From an uncultured Sphingopyxis sp. (GTDB taxonomy: Bacteria > Pseudomonadota > Alphaproteobacteria > Sphingomonadales > Sphingomonadaceae): a DNA stretch of 64,000 bases. The position numbers were made by a program, and so were the translations under genes. This document shows positions 9,301-20,642 of the stretch, piece after piece. Position 1 is the stretch's first letter. Each line of letters opens with the position of its first letter. Below the pieces are notes generated by a model. It did no database searches. It was not told where the DNA came from and saw only the letters and a list, made by a program, of their open reading frames with translations. Where the stretch lies: positions 22,937 through 86,936 of the forward strand of contig CAZIVW010000006.1 in the NCBI GenBank assembly GCA_964542975.1. The letters run 5' to 3'.

Positions 9301-10661
9301 CGAATGGCCGCCGCACGGCCCGCAACCGGAACAATGATCTGGTCCGCATCCACCCGTGCTTTGCCCGACAGGTTTAATCGTTCGACGACAATATCATTCA
9401 CAGCCACCCGTGCGGCCTGCGCGCGATAATCCACCAAAGGCTTGGCAAATTCACCGTCCAGCACCGCATGAACCTGCATATTTTGCGCTTGGATTTGCGG
9501 CAACACCGCCGATGGGCGCAATATTTTCAGGTCCAGCGCCAAAGCGTCATAGCGGTTTTCACCCAAATCCACGCCGCCCGCCACGTCCAAACGCATGGCA
9601 TCCGACGCCAAATTCCCGCTCAGCGCGGCCTTGCGTTCGGATAATTTCGCTTGCAAATCAATGGCAACAGCGGGGATCAAGACGCCGCGCAGGGCATCGC
9701 CGACCAATTCCGCCGCCTTGGCTTCGCCCTTCAGGCTGAACAGACCGTCCCGCGCGCTCAGCGCAATATTGGCCAAATCACCATCGGCCAAGCGCGCCGT
9801 CAAACGGCCATCCCACGCCTTCCAATCACCCGCGCCGTCCAACTTCGCGGTCAACGGCTTGTCCAATCCCGCCACGGCGGCAATCACGCCGCCTTGCGGC
9901 GCAGCAATATCCGCCTTCATCAGCAATTTATTGGCTTCCGGCACCGCATCCAGCACCAGTTTCAGCTTGTCGCCTTTCAGCGTGCCGATGGTGTCGGCAT
10001 CGGCGTTAATCTTGGCGCGTCCATCGGCAATCGCGACATTGCCGACCAATCGCAGATCATGACGCTGGCCCGCCACCGCTTCACCGACAACGAACCGATC
10101 CACCCGCAATGTGCCAATATCAATATCCAGATCGGGCAACAGCGGCTCATCGCTGGGCGGCGTCACTTTAAATTCTGGCAGACGGGTCAGGTTGATCGTC
10201 TGCGACGTTGCGGATTTAATATTCAAATGTTTGGATAAAAATGAAAATGGACGCCAGTCTACCCTAATTTCCGGCGATGTTAAAAACACACCTTTGGGGT
10301 CCAGCAACTTAAATTCGCGCAGCCGCATTTCGCCATATAGCGACCCATCCAGCCGCCCTATGTCGATTTTCATGCCATTTTCAAATTCCATCTTTTCGAT
10401 TTGCGTCACCACAAATCGCCGCCCCGCATCGCTGTTCAGCCCAATCAGGAACAGCACCGCCAAGGCCAGCAAACCACCGACCAAAATGCCCATCCAGCGC
10501 AGGAACATGCGCCCCGCGCCGCGCCGATGCGCACGCCCGCTCGTGGTCCCTGCGCTGTCCGCCTCAGCGTCAGCCTTAGCGACACCGGTTGCATCAACAG
10601 CATTGGGGTCCATCTTCGGCTCACCCCCAGCGGCGCCCTGTTCCGCATCCTTGCTCATCAA
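6351..10661 (-). CDS. tamB: Translocation and assembly module TamB
   Basis: 1436 aa, N-terminal TM, beta-rich repeats, C-terminal DUF490-type region (AGQYISKDIYLE...YRKDY); downstream of an Omp85 gene. Confidence 0.9.
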   Translation of the reverse strand: MMSKDAEQGAAGGEPKMDPNAVDATGVAKADAEADSAGTTSGRAHRRGAGRMFLRWMGILVGGLLALAVLFLIGLNSDAGRRFVVTQIEKMEFENGMKIDIGRLDGSLYGEMRLREFKLLDPKGVFLTSPEIRVDWRPFSFLSKHLNIKSATSQTINLTRLPEFKVTPPSDEPLLPDLDIDIGTLRVDRFVVGEAVAGQRHDLRLVGNVAIADGRAKINADADTIGTLKGDKLKLVLDAVPEANKLLMKADIAAPQGGVIAAVAGLDKPLTAKLDGAGDWKAWDGRLTARLADGDLANIALSARDGLFSLKGEAKAAELVGDALRGVLIPAVAIDLQAKLSERKAALSGNLASDAMRLDVAGGVDLGENRYDALALDLKILRPSAVLPQIQAQNMQVHAVLDGEFAKPLVDYRAQAARVAVNDIVVERLNLSGKARVDADQIIVPVAGRAAAIRGLDTAAGGSLVDVRLDGDFAYKDGRLLSDNLRLRSPRIDAKAIIVADFNRAFYTGAIDGRINDYRIDSVGVFNISTDMDLETTKRGFALAGTVRARSTRLFNSGVQDLTGGNVVASSAVRYGDDGVVRFSNLRMTSPKLQVVGGQGSYAPNGQLTLNARANSADYGPLDVAVTGTITNPQATLRAERPGLGIGLKNLLAKVTGANGGYRLNAVGETDYGPLAADVVLLMQKGPLTIDIERANLAGVGFAGRLVQDPAGPFVGQLDASGNGMGGVVRLGADGKYQTAKGNIRANDVVMPGAAGLSIGSAIVDADVTLYDTPHVVADVQIADTRYQSYHIAVGRAKVDYRDGSGKVQALLEGTSGVPFRVALNGDLTPGLWRMAVNGRASGVDFRTENPARIMVQSAGYELLPTTLNLGRGSRARVAGRYGQDGMMLQSRLDRVNMALLNNLYPDMGLGGRASGSIDFVQAGANAMPTADVRLSISDFTRTTAVAVSQPVDMNLVAQLQGDGGDVRAVMRQRGTVIGRLQAALNPFGAGADWSTRLMASPLAGGFRYNGPAETLYSFFGPAQQAVSGPIAVAADFGCVVNSPCLEGVIHGKDMVYENQVFGTRLTGMNLKGRFNGDRLLIENMTAKAGDGNIDASGYISLSAAQGYPMNITANLKNARLARSDNLGAEATGALELVKTAGQTALLSGDLRIPEARYKYVREGAASVPSLTGVRRKPALGRARVTGDRLQDVGGGLFDLIRLDIRLRANEQIYVSGMGLESEWQADVRLQGTTETPRIVGDVELVRGTLGFAGRSFTLETGRISFPDGNAYDPAIQLVATETIENVEVSVNVSGRAQNPVISFSSVPGLPQDEIVSRILFGESITNLSPVQAVQLATSLNSLRSGGGGLNPLGALQSVAGIDRLRVLGADESEGRGTAIAAGQYISKDIYLEVITDGRGYTATQLEISLTRALSILSQAGGSGQTNMSVRYRKDY

Positions 10662-13114
10662 AATGCCTGCCCGATGGAAACATATACACTCACGCGGCTT
10701 TCACCCGGTTTCCGGCCAATGGGGGTGGCGACATCCAGCCGCATGGGACCAAAATTGGTGTAAAAACGCCCCCCAAGCCCGACGCCAACACGCATATGGC
10801 TGAAATCGGGTGTGCTGCTCGTATAGACTTGCCCAGCGTCGACAAAGCCCACGACACCATAGCTGCCAAAGCGATACCGCGCCTCCAGCCCGACTTCATT
10901 CAGGCTGCGCCCACCAATGGGGTCATTATTCGGGTCTTTTGGCCCCAATTGCTGATAGCCAAATCCGCGCACCGACCCGCCGCCGCCGCCATAAAAGCGC
11001 CGTGATGGGGCCAATCGCTCGCGCTCCGCGCCCAAGATACTGGCCACCCGCACACGGCCCGCAATCACCAAATTATCCATCACCGGATAATAAGCGCTGC
11101 CGTCAATTTGGGTGCGTGCATAAGGCGTAAAGCTGCCCGCCAAAGACCCTTCGGGTTGCAGCAAGGCCGTGATCCGAAAACCTTTGGTCGGGTCCAGCAT
11201 GGAATTCGACCGATCAACGCCCAATTGGCCCGTCAGCCCCAAAATGGTGTAAAAATCTTTGCGCCGTGATTGGTTGGCAAAATCATAATCATCTTCGCGG
11301 GTGGCGATCAAATCGGCGCCAAAACTATAGGTCAGCTTTTTCTGCCACAAAGGCGTGCTTTCGCGGCTGATCCGGAAACCGAGGCGGCCCGTAATCGCTT
11401 CAAATGCGTCATAATTGCTGCGCAGCGCCTCGGCCACCACTTCAAAGCTGCGGTCGCGCCGCCCAGCATTGCTGCGCCGCATGGTAACGCCCAGACTTTG
11501 TTCCTGCGTCCCCGCCAGACCGCGCACAATCAGCGCCCCTTCGGGTGGGAATAAATTGCGGTGCTGCCAGCTTCCTTCGGCGCGCAGCCCTTGTCCCGTG
11601 CCATAACCGATACTGCCCGCCAAGGTGCGCGGCGGGCCAGCCTGCTGCGTCACCGCCATGGTCACATATTCGCTGCCATCCTCGGCATAACGGCCCGTCG
11701 GCTGTGTTTCCGCCGCCACCGTCGACAGCAAGCCGGTCGCCACCAAGGCTTGGCGCAAATCATCCACTTTGCGGCTGTCATACAGGTCGCCCTGTTTGAA
11801 ACGGGCCAGCAATTCGACATGTTCGGCATCAAATGCCAAATCACCCGACGTCGTTATCCCGCCAAAGCGCGCGCGATTCCCGACCTCGACTGGCAAAGTA
11901 TAGGCCCCTGTTCCGGCCGCCCCATCCAGCAAAATGTCCCGTTGTCCAACTTTGGTAAAAGGATAGCCATGCTCTGGTAAACGCAGGGCAATCGCGGCCT
12001 CGGCTGCCAAATCCCGTTCTGCCACAATCGGTTCACCAACCCGCAACGGGAAGTTCGTCGCGATTAAATCATCCGGAATGGTGGGGCCAGCTTCTACGCG
12101 AATTTCCGAGAAATTATACCGCGTACCGGCCGTGACATCCAATGTCGCGGCCAATGGGTCATCCGCGCCCGCCCGAACGATCCGGGTGTTCACGGCGGCG
12201 TCATAATATCCTTCGGACGCCATAATCCGCTGCACCAATTCGCCATCGGCGGTCAATCGTGCCCGCAACATGGCAATATTATCCGCCTTGCCATCCCCAT
12301 CATGCAGAGCCGACAAAGACCGGAACAGGCGGCCCATGGAAATTTCGCTGCTGCTTTCCGCTTCGCTCATTCCATTAATTTTGATGGAATATCGCACCTG
12401 CCTGTTGCGGCTATCATCCGCCGCTTCGGCAAATTCGACGGGCGTCACATCAAAACTATCCAGCGGCGGCAAGGGCGCGGACAATTCCGTATCCCGGATT
12501 GGCGCGCTGCCAATCACCGGAACCATCAAGGGGGCTTGCACTTGCCCCGCATTGGGCTGTGCGGCGGCGATATCCGTATCGCTATCGGCGGCATCATTTT
12601 GCGATACCAAATTATCGCCATTGCTTTTTGCGTCCTTGCGGCGCGCCAGCCGCTCCGCCGCTTCGTCGTCCTGCCGCTGCTCAAATTCCGCAATGCTTTC
12701 CAAGGGGCGGCTGAGTTCGGGATCATCCTCCGCCGTGATCGGCGGTATGGCCTTACGAAATTCATCATCCTCAATAATCGGTTCAATGATAGGGAATAGC
12801 ACGTCCGGCGGGGGCGGCGATGGGGCCGCAATGTCGCGGCTATCGTGGGGCGGATTAGCAGCGGCATCGGACGTGGATGATGGGTTGCCATCCCCTTGCG
12901 CCGCGGCCGCATTATCTATCGATGCGGGACTCGTCGATGCGGGCGCATCAGCTTGAACCCCAGCATGAGCCTGTGTTCCCAGCAACAGCGCGGCGGCCGA
13001 GGCCGAAACCGATAAAGTATAGCGCGCATAATCGGGCCATCGCGTGCCGGCTTTGCGCGTGCTGGTTTTGGCAATATCGCGCCCGATCAAAATCACATCG
13101 CCCTTTTTCATCAC
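10658..13114 (-). CDS. tamA: TamA/Omp85-family outer-membrane protein
   Basis: POTRA-like regions, RFYGGGGGSVRGF, C-terminal YVSIGQAF. Confidence 0.9.
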   Translation of the reverse strand: MMKKGDVILIGRDIAKTSTRKAGTRWPDYARYTLSVSASAAALLLGTQAHAGVQADAPASTSPASIDNAAAAQGDGNPSSTSDAAANPPHDSRDIAAPSPPPPDVLFPIIEPIIEDDEFRKAIPPITAEDDPELSRPLESIAEFEQRQDDEAAERLARRKDAKSNGDNLVSQNDAADSDTDIAAAQPNAGQVQAPLMVPVIGSAPIRDTELSAPLPPLDSFDVTPVEFAEAADDSRNRQVRYSIKINGMSEAESSSEISMGRLFRSLSALHDGDGKADNIAMLRARLTADGELVQRIMASEGYYDAAVNTRIVRAGADDPLAATLDVTAGTRYNFSEIRVEAGPTIPDDLIATNFPLRVGEPIVAERDLAAEAAIALRLPEHGYPFTKVGQRDILLDGAAGTGAYTLPVEVGNRARFGGITTSGDLAFDAEHVELLARFKQGDLYDSRKVDDLRQALVATGLLSTVAAETQPTGRYAEDGSEYVTMAVTQQAGPPRTLAGSIGYGTGQGLRAEGSWQHRNLFPPEGALIVRGLAGTQEQSLGVTMRRSNAGRRDRSFEVVAEALRSNYDAFEAITGRLGFRISRESTPLWQKKLTYSFGADLIATREDDYDFANQSRRKDFYTILGLTGQLGVDRSNSMLDPTKGFRITALLQPEGSLAGSFTPYARTQIDGSAYYPVMDNLVIAGRVRVASILGAERERLAPSRRFYGGGGGSVRGFGYQQLGPKDPNNDPIGGRSLNEVGLEARYRFGSYGVVGFVDAGQVYTSSTPDFSHMRVGVGLGGRFYTNFGPMRLDVATPIGRKPGESRVSVYVSIGQAF

Positions 13115-13256
13115 GCCCGTCTTTACCTTATTGGGTCACGCTGATGCATTATGGCGCACCGGTCAACCAATCTGCAATCTTTACCGCCGTCTTTATATCC
13201 CTACCAAAGATTGCATCTTTTGACAGGGAACCACCAAGCGCGCACTAGGTTCCCCA

Positions 13257-14732
13257 TCATGTCCCGCAAAAGGTCCGATAGGGTGGATTTTCTGTGGGTG
13301 CGGGCTGGTCATATCCGCTGGCATCCGCTTGTGGGTGATAGGGGCTGCGAACGATGGTCAATAATTTTTCCCACGAGGTCAAATCGCCCAATTCGGCCTG
13401 TTCCAGCGCCGCTTCGACCAAGTGATTTCGTGGGATATATAGCGGGTTCACCATATCCATGGCATCGGCCCGCGCCGCCAAATCCACCCCGCCGCCTTCG
13501 CTTTGCAAACGCGCACTCCATTGGTAACGCCAAATATCCCAATCATCCCCGCCAAAGGGCAATAACGCATCCGCATCCCCGCGCAATATCATCGCCAAGG
13601 CACGGAAAAATCCGGTAAAATCGGCGCCCACCGCCTCCATCACCTCGAACAGTCCGTCAAATAATTCACGGTCCTGATCGCGCGCTTCGCTCAGCCCCAA
13701 TTTGGCGCGCAAATTCGCGTCCCATTTGGCGCGAAAGCGCGTGGGGACAGTCTCCACCAACGTCTTGGCCGCTTCCACATCATCGGCATGAACGCTGTGA
13801 ATGGCGGGCAACAAGGCTTCGGCAAGGCGCGCCATATTCCAATGCAAAATATGCGGCTGGCGTCCATAAGCATAGCGGCCATTTCGGTCGATCGAACTGA
13901 ACACCGCGCCCGCCTTAAAATGATCGACAAAGGCGCAGGGACCATAATCAATGGTTTCCCCGCTGATCGCCACATTGTCCGTGTTCATCACCCCATGCAC
14001 AAAGCCAAGCGCCATCCAATCCGCAACCAACTGCGCCTGCCTGTCAATCACGCGGTCCAACAAGGCCAGCGGCGGGTTGGCGGCTGCGGCCAAGTCGGGA
14101 TAATGGCGATTGATGCTATATTGCGCCAATTGGCTGACATAAGGTTCGCCATAATGGGCCGCAAAATATTGGAACGTCCCAATCCGAATATGGCTGGCCG
14201 CAACCCGCGTTAACACCGCGCCGGGGTGGGCTTTTTCGCGCTGCACACGCCCGCCGGTCGCCACCGCTGCCAAGGCCCGCGTCGTCGCCACGCCCATCGC
14301 GGCCATTGCCTCTGACACCAAATATTCCCGCAGCACCGGCCCAATGGCGGCCTTGCCATCCCCATTGCGCGAAAATTCGGTGCGCCCTGCCCCTTTTAGC
14401 TGCACGTCCCACCGCGTCCCATTGGGTGCGACAATTTCCCCCAATAAAATAGCACGCCCATCACCCAATTGCGGGGAGAAATGCCCAAATTGATGCCCCG
14501 CATAAGCAAAGGCCAAGGGATCGCTGCCCTCAACCGCTTCCGCGCCCGACAACCAGCGCGCCCATTGATCTTCGCTGGCATCATCACCAGCCCACATGCC
14601 CCCCAGCCCCAATTGTTGGGCCAAGGGTTCGTTAAACGCCAACATGGTTGGGGCTGGCGCAACTTCGGCAACAGCGGGGGCGTAAAAGCCCTGCATCTCT
14701 TGAAAAAAACTGTTGTCGAATGGGAATCGCAT
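13257..14732 (-). CDS. selO: Protein adenylyltransferase SelO (YdiU)
   Basis: YAGHQFG, LGDGRA, QLKGAG, HGVMNTDN, C-terminal TFCGT. Confidence 0.95.
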   Translation of the reverse strand: MRFPFDNSFFQEMQGFYAPAVAEVAPAPTMLAFNEPLAQQLGLGGMWAGDDASEDQWARWLSGAEAVEGSDPLAFAYAGHQFGHFSPQLGDGRAILLGEIVAPNGTRWDVQLKGAGRTEFSRNGDGKAAIGPVLREYLVSEAMAAMGVATTRALAAVATGGRVQREKAHPGAVLTRVAASHIRIGTFQYFAAHYGEPYVSQLAQYSINRHYPDLAAAANPPLALLDRVIDRQAQLVADWMALGFVHGVMNTDNVAISGETIDYGPCAFVDHFKAGAVFSSIDRNGRYAYGRQPHILHWNMARLAEALLPAIHSVHADDVEAAKTLVETVPTRFRAKWDANLRAKLGLSEARDQDRELFDGLFEVMEAVGADFTGFFRALAMILRGDADALLPFGGDDWDIWRYQWSARLQSEGGGVDLAARADAMDMVNPLYIPRNHLVEAALEQAELGDLTSWEKLLTIVRSPYHPQADASGYDQPAPTENPPYRTFCGT

Positions 14733-14803
14733 GGACTGTCTCCTTGGCCCTATCTATGAAAGCGCCAAGGATAAAAGGCCAGCCGCCGATGCGCCGTGCC
14801 GCG

Positions 14804-16051
14804 CTATGCCATGCGTTTATCCGCCAAATCCCGCGCGATTTTCATCTCCGGATCCCGCTCTGTTTCCTGCCCTAACCCCTGCGCCTGCCACCATGCCGCA
14901 ATTGCCTGACCGATCTTCTCGCTCGCATGACCATCACCATAAGGGTTGTGCGCAAATTGCATCGCGCGATAGGCCGCCGCATCGTCCAACAAATGCTGCG
15001 CGGCGGTCCAGATCGCCTCGGCATTGGTGCCGACCAACTGCACCGTTCCCGCCGCCACCGCTTCGGGCCGCTCGGTAACATCGCGCATCACCAACACGGG
15101 TTTTCCCAAAGACGGGGCCTCTTCCTGCACACCGCCGCTGTCGGTCAAAATAAAATGGCTGCGCTGCATCAGATAAATGAAGGGCAAATATTCTTGCGGC
15201 GGTAACAAATGCACATTGGGCAAATGCCCCAATGCGGCCTCAACCGGCCCTTTGACTTGCGGGTTGAGATGGACGGGATAGACAATTTCGACATCATCGC
15301 GAGCAGCCAATCGCCGCAAAGCTTGGCATATTTGTGCAAAACCATCGCCAAAGCTTTCCCGCCGATGACCCGTTACCAAGATCATCCGTTTGTCTGGGTT
15401 GAGCGAAAAAGACGACGACATCTCTGCTTCCATCGCGCTGCCGCTGGTCATTTGCGACGCGACGCGCATCAACGCGTCAATGACCGTATTTCCGGTCACA
15501 AAAATCTGATCTTCATCGATATTTTCGGCCAGCAAATTGGCCTTGCTGCGCAGCGTTGGCGCAAAATGCAATGTCGCAAGATCGCCCGTTAACCGCCGGT
15601 TCCCCTCCTCTGGCCATGGCGACAAAAGATTGCCGGTCCGCAGACCTGCCTCGACATGGCCGATGGGGATTTGTTGATAATAAGCCGCCAAAGACGCGCT
15701 CAATGTGGTGCTGGTATCGCCATGCACCAACACCAAATCCGGCGCACAGTCCCGCAATATGGGGCGCAAGCCCTGTAAAATCGCACAGCAAATGTCGGTT
15801 AAATCTTGCCCCGATCGCATGATATCCAAATCATAATCGGGAATAATGTCGAACAGGTCCAGCACCTGATCCAACATCTGTCGATGCTGCGCGGTGACGC
15901 ACAGCTTGATGGTCATGCCGCTATGGTTTCGCAGCCACAATAGCAAGGGCGCCATTTTGATCGCCTCTGGCCGTGTTCCGAATATCAGCAATACCACCGG
16001 CTGGTTCCGGTCGATTGCTTCCCCCCCCTTTTGTGTCATCGGATCCCCCAA
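14804..16051 (-). CDS. wecB: UDP-N-acetylglucosamine 2-epimerase (non-hydrolysing)
   Basis: [42 protein letters not shown]. Confidence 0.95.
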   Translation of the reverse strand: MGDPMTQKGGEAIDRNQPVVLLIFGTRPEAIKMAPLLLWLRNHSGMTIKLCVTAQHRQMLDQVLDLFDIIPDYDLDIMRSGQDLTDICCAILQGLRPILRDCAPDLVLVHGDTSTTLSASLAAYYQQIPIGHVEAGLRTGNLLSPWPEEGNRRLTGDLATLHFAPTLRSKANLLAENIDEDQIFVTGNTVIDALMRVASQMTSGSAMEAEMSSSFSLNPDKRMILVTGHRRESFGDGFAQICQALRRLAARDDVEIVYPVHLNPQVKGPVEAALGHLPNVHLLPPQEYLPFIYLMQRSHFILTDSGGVQEEAPSLGKPVLVMRDVTERPEAVAAGTVQLVGTNAEAIWTAAQHLLDDAAAYRAMQFAHNPYGDGHASEKIGQAIAAWWQAQGLGQETERDPEMKIARDLADKRMA

Positions 16052-16126
16052 TCCTTTGACAGCCTGTCCCGTGTATTGGACACCCCAACAGGGATATCTG
16101 CTATCGGCTAAGGCCGTCTTGACCTG

Positions 16127-17191
16127 CTATTTTTGGTAATAGTCGCGGTACCACTCCACAAATATTTTTACCCCGTCAACAATATTGGTTTGGGGGCGAT
16201 ATCCGGTCAGGCGCTCCAGCAACGCGCAATCCGCCCATGTTTCATGAACATCGCCCATTTGCATTTCCATGAAATTACACTGCGCCGTCTGCCCCAATGC
16301 TTGTTCAATGGCGCGAATAAAATCCATCAGCGGCACTTTGTCGCCATTGCCAATATTCACCACCCGCCATGGCGCCGCGGGGGACAGGCTGTCGCCGTCA
16401 TAACGCAGAAAATCCATATCATCCCGCACCGCGAGCTGGGCCGGAACCGCGTCGACCAACAGGCGAATGGCCTGCACCAAATCCACAACATAAGTGAAAT
16501 CACGTGCCATTTGACCATTATTATAGACGTCAATGGCTTTGCCATCCAAGATCGCGGCAACAAATTTGAACAAAGCCAAATCGGGCCGCCCCCATGCCCC
16601 ATAGACGGTGAAAAAGCGAAACATGGTGATGGGCATGTGATAAAGATGGGCATAGCTGTGGGCCATGGCTTCGCCCGCCACTTTGGTCGCCGAATAAATG
16701 CTCAGCGGATGGGCCACCGCCTGATTTTCGGTAAAGGGCATATCGTCATTAGCCCCATAAACCGACGATGTTGACGCCATCAAAATATGCTGCGCGCCGA
16801 CCGCCTTGGCCGCTTCCAGCAAATGAAATGTGCCAATGATATTGGCGTCCACATAAGCGCGCGGCTGTTCCAGACTGTGCCGCACCCCCGCCTGCGCCGC
16901 CAGATGGATCACAATATCCGGTTCACATTGCGCCATGGCGCGGTGCAGCGCCTCACCATCTTCCAACATGGCTTCGGTGGCGGTGAAATGCGGGTTTTGC
17001 AGCAAAATCTGATGCCGACGACGCTTTAACGACACGTCATAATAATCGGTCATGCCGTCATATCCCGCGACGACAAATCCTTCGGCCAATAACAATTGCG
17101 CCAGATGAAAACCAATAAAGCCAGCCGTGCCCGTTATGAACACACGCCGTTTTTCATCCGCTCCCTCGATCATCGCGTCCGCCTCATCCAA
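16127..17191 (-). CDS. NAD-dependent epimerase (UDP-glucuronate 4-epimerase/CapI-like)
   Basis: [37 protein letters not shown]. Confidence 0.9.
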   Translation of the reverse strand: MDEADAMIEGADEKRRVFITGTAGFIGFHLAQLLLAEGFVVAGYDGMTDYYDVSLKRRRHQILLQNPHFTATEAMLEDGEALHRAMAQCEPDIVIHLAAQAGVRHSLEQPRAYVDANIIGTFHLLEAAKAVGAQHILMASTSSVYGANDDMPFTENQAVAHPLSIYSATKVAGEAMAHSYAHLYHMPITMFRFFTVYGAWGRPDLALFKFVAAILDGKAIDVYNNGQMARDFTYVVDLVQAIRLLVDAVPAQLAVRDDMDFLRYDGDSLSPAAPWRVVNIGNGDKVPLMDFIRAIEQALGQTAQCNFMEMQMGDVHETWADCALLERLTGYRPQTNIVDGVKIFVEWYRDYYQK

Positions 17192-17429
17192 ACTTTCGAC
17201 CCCAAGGCCGCACGCACCAATGCTGCGCCGTCCCCATCAAAACGGCTCGCTTTCGCACGGCCCAAGTCCATCATCCCCGCCATCCCAACTCGCAATGGCA
17301 CAAGGTCTGCCCGATCCATGGCCCGCCAGCAAGCCTGAATAGCAGGACAAGCCGCCGCCCATGCCCAGCGCAGCCAATGCCGCCCAGCTCGGCACCAATA
17401 AAAAAGGCCATGTCCGATGCCCTGCATCT

Positions 17430-17458
17430 CTTGCGGGCTGCCGCCTTATTTCCCATAT
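17430..17458 (+). promoter_or_regulatory. Putative RpoH promoter of hslVU
   Basis: CTTG-N18-CCCATAT just before the hslV start. Confidence 0.5.
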
Positions 17459-17466
17459 CGCCCATT

Positions 17467-18033
17467 ATGACCGATCCTCATGCACATAGTGCCTCGCCTT
17501 GGCACGGAACCACTATCCTTTCCGCCCGCAGCGACAATAAAGTCATCATCATTGGTGATGGTCAGGTGTCGATGGGCCAAACTGTAATGAAGCCCAACGC
17601 CCGCAAGGTGCGCCGCCTGCATGATGGCAGCGTGATTGGCGGATTTGCGGGCGCGACCGCTGACGCCTTCACCCTGTTCGAACGGCTGGAGGCCAAGCTG
17701 GAACGCCACAATGGCCAATTGCTGCGCGCGGCGGTGGAATTGGCCAAAGATTGGCGCACCGACAAATATTTGCGCAACCTCGAAGCAATGATGATCGTCG
17801 CCGACAAGGATGTCACGCTGGTCATCACCGGCAATGGCGATGTGCTGGAACCCAAGGGCGGCATCGCGGCCATTGGGTCGGGCGGCAATTTCGCTTTGTC
17901 CGCCGCCCGCGCACTGGTGGATTATGAAAGCGACCCTGAAATTTTGGGCCGCAAAGCCATGCAAGTTGCGGCGGATATCTGCGTCTATACCAATGACCAG
18001 TTCACGCAGGAAGTAATTGAGATTAAGGCATAA
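17467..18033 (+). CDS. hslV: ATP-dependent protease subunit HslV
   Basis: [36 protein letters not shown]. Confidence 0.97.
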   Translation: MTDPHAHSASPWHGTTILSARSDNKVIIIGDGQVSMGQTVMKPNARKVRRLHDGSVIGGFAGATADAFTLFERLEAKLERHNGQLLRAAVELAKDWRTDKYLRNLEAMMIVADKDVTLVITGNGDVLEPKGGIAAIGSGGNFALSAARALVDYESDPEILGRKAMQVAADICVYTNDQFTQEVIEIKA

Positions 18034-18035
18034 TC

Positions 18036-19337
18036 ATGAACAAAGACCTGACCCCCAAGGCGATCGTCGCCGCGCTGGACAGCCATATTATTGGCCAAAA
18101 AGCCGCCAAGCGCGCCGTCGCCGTCGCGCTGCGCAACCGCTGGCGTCGTCAACAATTGGACGCCAATTTGCGCGACGAAGTGACGCCGAAAAACATCTTG
18201 ATGATCGGCCCCACCGGCTGCGGCAAAACCGAAATTTCGCGCCGTCTAGCCAAGCTGGCGGACGCCCCCTTCATCAAGATCGAAGCGACGAAATTCACCG
18301 AAGTCGGCTATGTCGGCCGCGACGTGGAACAAATCGCCCGTGATCTGGTCGAAGAATCCGTGCGCCTTGAAAAGGAACGCCGCCGCGAAGCCGTGCGCGG
18401 TGCCGCCGAAGAGGCCGCACTGGAACGCTTGCTGGACGCGCTGACCGGTAAGGGCGCAAGCGAAGCCACCCGCGCCAGCTTCCGCCAACGGTTCCAAGAC
18501 GGGCATCTCGCCGACAGCGAAATTGAAATCGAAGTGGCCGACACCCCCTCCATGCCAATGGACATTCCCGGCCAACCGGGCGGCATTGGCATGATTAATT
18601 TGGGCGACATGCTGGGCAAGGCCATGGGCGGTGCGCCCAAGAAAAAGCGCAAGCTGAAAGTCGCGGACGCATGGAAGCGTTTGATCGAAGAAGAACAGGA
18701 CAAGCGGCTGGACCAAGATGATGTGGCCCGTGTCGCCATTGCCGATGCCGAAGCCAATGGCATTGTTTTCTTGGACGAAATCGACAAAATCGCTGTCAGC
18801 GACACGCGCGGCGCATCGGTCAGCCGCGAAGGCGTGCAGCGCGACCTGCTGCCCTTGATCGAGGGGACAACGGTGGCCACCAAATATGGTCCGATGAAAA
18901 CCGACCATGTGCTGTTCATCGCATCCGGCGCTTTTCATGTCGCCAAGCCCAGCGACCTGTTGCCAGAATTGCAGGGCCGCCTGCCCATTCGTGTCGAATT
19001 AGACGCGCTGACCGAGGCGGATTTTGTCAGCATCCTGACCGACACCAAGGCCGGTCTGCCAGAACAATATATGGCGCTGCTGGGCACCGAGGGCGTCCGC
19101 TTGAATTTCGCGCCAGACGCCATTGCCGAAATCGCTAAAATGGCGGCGGACGTCAATGAACGGGTGGAAAATATCGGTGCGCGCCGCCTGCAAACCATTA
19201 TGGAACGCTTGGTCGAAGAAGTCAGCTTCAATGCCGAGGATATGAACGGCGTGACCGTCGATGTCGACGCAGCCTATGTCCGCAGCCAATTGGCCGATGT
19301 GGTTCAGGACACCGACCTGAGCAAATATGTGCTGTAA
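18036..19337 (+). CDS. hslU: ATP-dependent protease ATPase HslU
   Basis: [35 protein letters not shown]. Confidence 0.98.
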   Translation: MNKDLTPKAIVAALDSHIIGQKAAKRAVAVALRNRWRRQQLDANLRDEVTPKNILMIGPTGCGKTEISRRLAKLADAPFIKIEATKFTEVGYVGRDVEQIARDLVEESVRLEKERRREAVRGAAEEAALERLLDALTGKGASEATRASFRQRFQDGHLADSEIEIEVADTPSMPMDIPGQPGGIGMINLGDMLGKAMGGAPKKKRKLKVADAWKRLIEEEQDKRLDQDDVARVAIADAEANGIVFLDEIDKIAVSDTRGASVSREGVQRDLLPLIEGTTVATKYGPMKTDHVLFIASGAFHVAKPSDLLPELQGRLPIRVELDALTEADFVSILTDTKAGLPEQYMALLGTEGVRLNFAPDAIAEIAKMAADVNERVENIGARRLQTIMERLVEEVSFNAEDMNGVTVDVDAAYVRSQLADVVQDTDLSKYVL

Positions 19338-19363
19338 CAGCGGCGTCTGTTAATACGGCCACG

Positions 19364-19396
19364 ATGCGGGGCGGCGGTCCATAAACCGCCCCGCAC
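19364..19396 (+). terminator. Hairpin after hslU
   Basis: tgcggggcgg...ccgccccgca stem; no clear U tract. Confidence 0.45.
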
Positions 19397-19533
19397 TACC
19401 TTGAGCCATAATCTTCACAATATTGTTCAAATTGCGCCTTTTCGGCGTGATGACCATTTGACTTTTCCAGCGCCGCAATGCGATGAACAGCAAATCGGAC
19501 CCAAGCAACAGTTGGGCAGCGTCGGAGACAAAA

Positions 19534-20439
19534 ATGGCAGATGAACAGATCGCTTTAGAAGGCCAAGAAGCGATCAAATTGACGGGCGACCGGCTGCGCG
19601 AGGCACGCGAAGCTTTGGGTTTGACGCTGGCCGATGTGGCCCAGCGCACCCGCATCACCCAGCGCCATTTGCGCGCCGTCGAAGAATCACAATTTTCCGA
19701 ACTGCCTGGCCGCACCTATGTGACGGGATTTGCCCGCGCTTATGCCCGCGCTGTCAATTTGCCCGAAGCAGACGTCGCCGCCGCCGTGCGCCGCGAATTG
19801 GAGGATGAGCATTATACCGCTCGCCCCCTCTATGAGGCTTATGAACCCACCGACCCAGCCCGCCTGCCACCCAAGCGCCTAGCGATCACCTTTGCGATCA
19901 TTACGGCCCTGCTCGCGTCGGCCTATGGCGTCTGGCGTTTTGTCTCGGTCGAACCGGACGAAGCGTTGCGCGCCGCCCAAATGCGCGCCGCCGATGACAA
20001 AGCCCCCGCAGCAGTAGCTCCGGCAGCCAAGAATGCGGCAGCAGGTCAAACCATTGCCGCCGATGCTCCGGTCATCCTGTCTGCCTCCAGCGATGTTTGG
20101 ATCGGTTTTGACGATGCCCAAGGCAAGGCCCGCGACAGCCGCACGTTAAAATCGGGCGAGCAATTCCAACTGCCCGCCGATTATGTCGCCAATTACACGC
20201 TGCGCACCAGCCGCCCGCAGGCCCTGCAAATCACCGTGGGTGGCCGCGATGTGGGCGCGTTGGGTTCCGCCGATTTATTGGTGAAAAATGTGTCTTTGAA
20301 GGTCGCAGACCTGATTGCCCGCGCCGACAGCAACGGCACATCCAAAGCCATTGTCCCGCAAAAAACCACGGCAGCGCCCAGCATCACACCGCCGCCTGCG
20401 GCGTCCGGCCCTGCCACCACGTCGGCGCCCACGCGCTAA
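19534..20439 (+). CDS. rodZ: RodZ-like cytoskeletal protein (HTH, TM, DUF4115)
   Basis: GDRLREAREALGLTLADVAQRTRI, YVTGFARAYA, single TM. Confidence 0.85.
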   Translation: MADEQIALEGQEAIKLTGDRLREAREALGLTLADVAQRTRITQRHLRAVEESQFSELPGRTYVTGFARAYARAVNLPEADVAAAVRRELEDEHYTARPLYEAYEPTDPARLPPKRLAITFAIITALLASAYGVWRFVSVEPDEALRAAQMRAADDKAPAAVAPAAKNAAAGQTIAADAPVILSASSDVWIGFDDAQGKARDSRTLKSGEQFQLPADYVANYTLRTSRPQALQITVGGRDVGALGSADLLVKNVSLKVADLIARADSNGTSKAIVPQKTTAAPSITPPPAASGPATTSAPTR

Positions 20440-20642
20440 ATTTCGGTCGGGCGGTGGGTTTCCCATCCGCCCACCCTTGTCGCCACAGACCATCCGCTGC
20501 TGTCCCACACGCCCATGCGTTCCTTGGTCCAGAAAATGGATGGTCCGTTTTTCGGATGGGCCGAATTGGATTTGCACTCCCCTAGGCTGCAGTCCTATGG
20601 TCCATTTCTGTCACTTTACCATATTTGGGGGCCTCGCGGCAC

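Noticed and set aside
17170..17427. 85-aa minus-strand ORF upstream of the epimerase
   Set aside because: No recognisable motif or RBS; lies in the divergent promoter region
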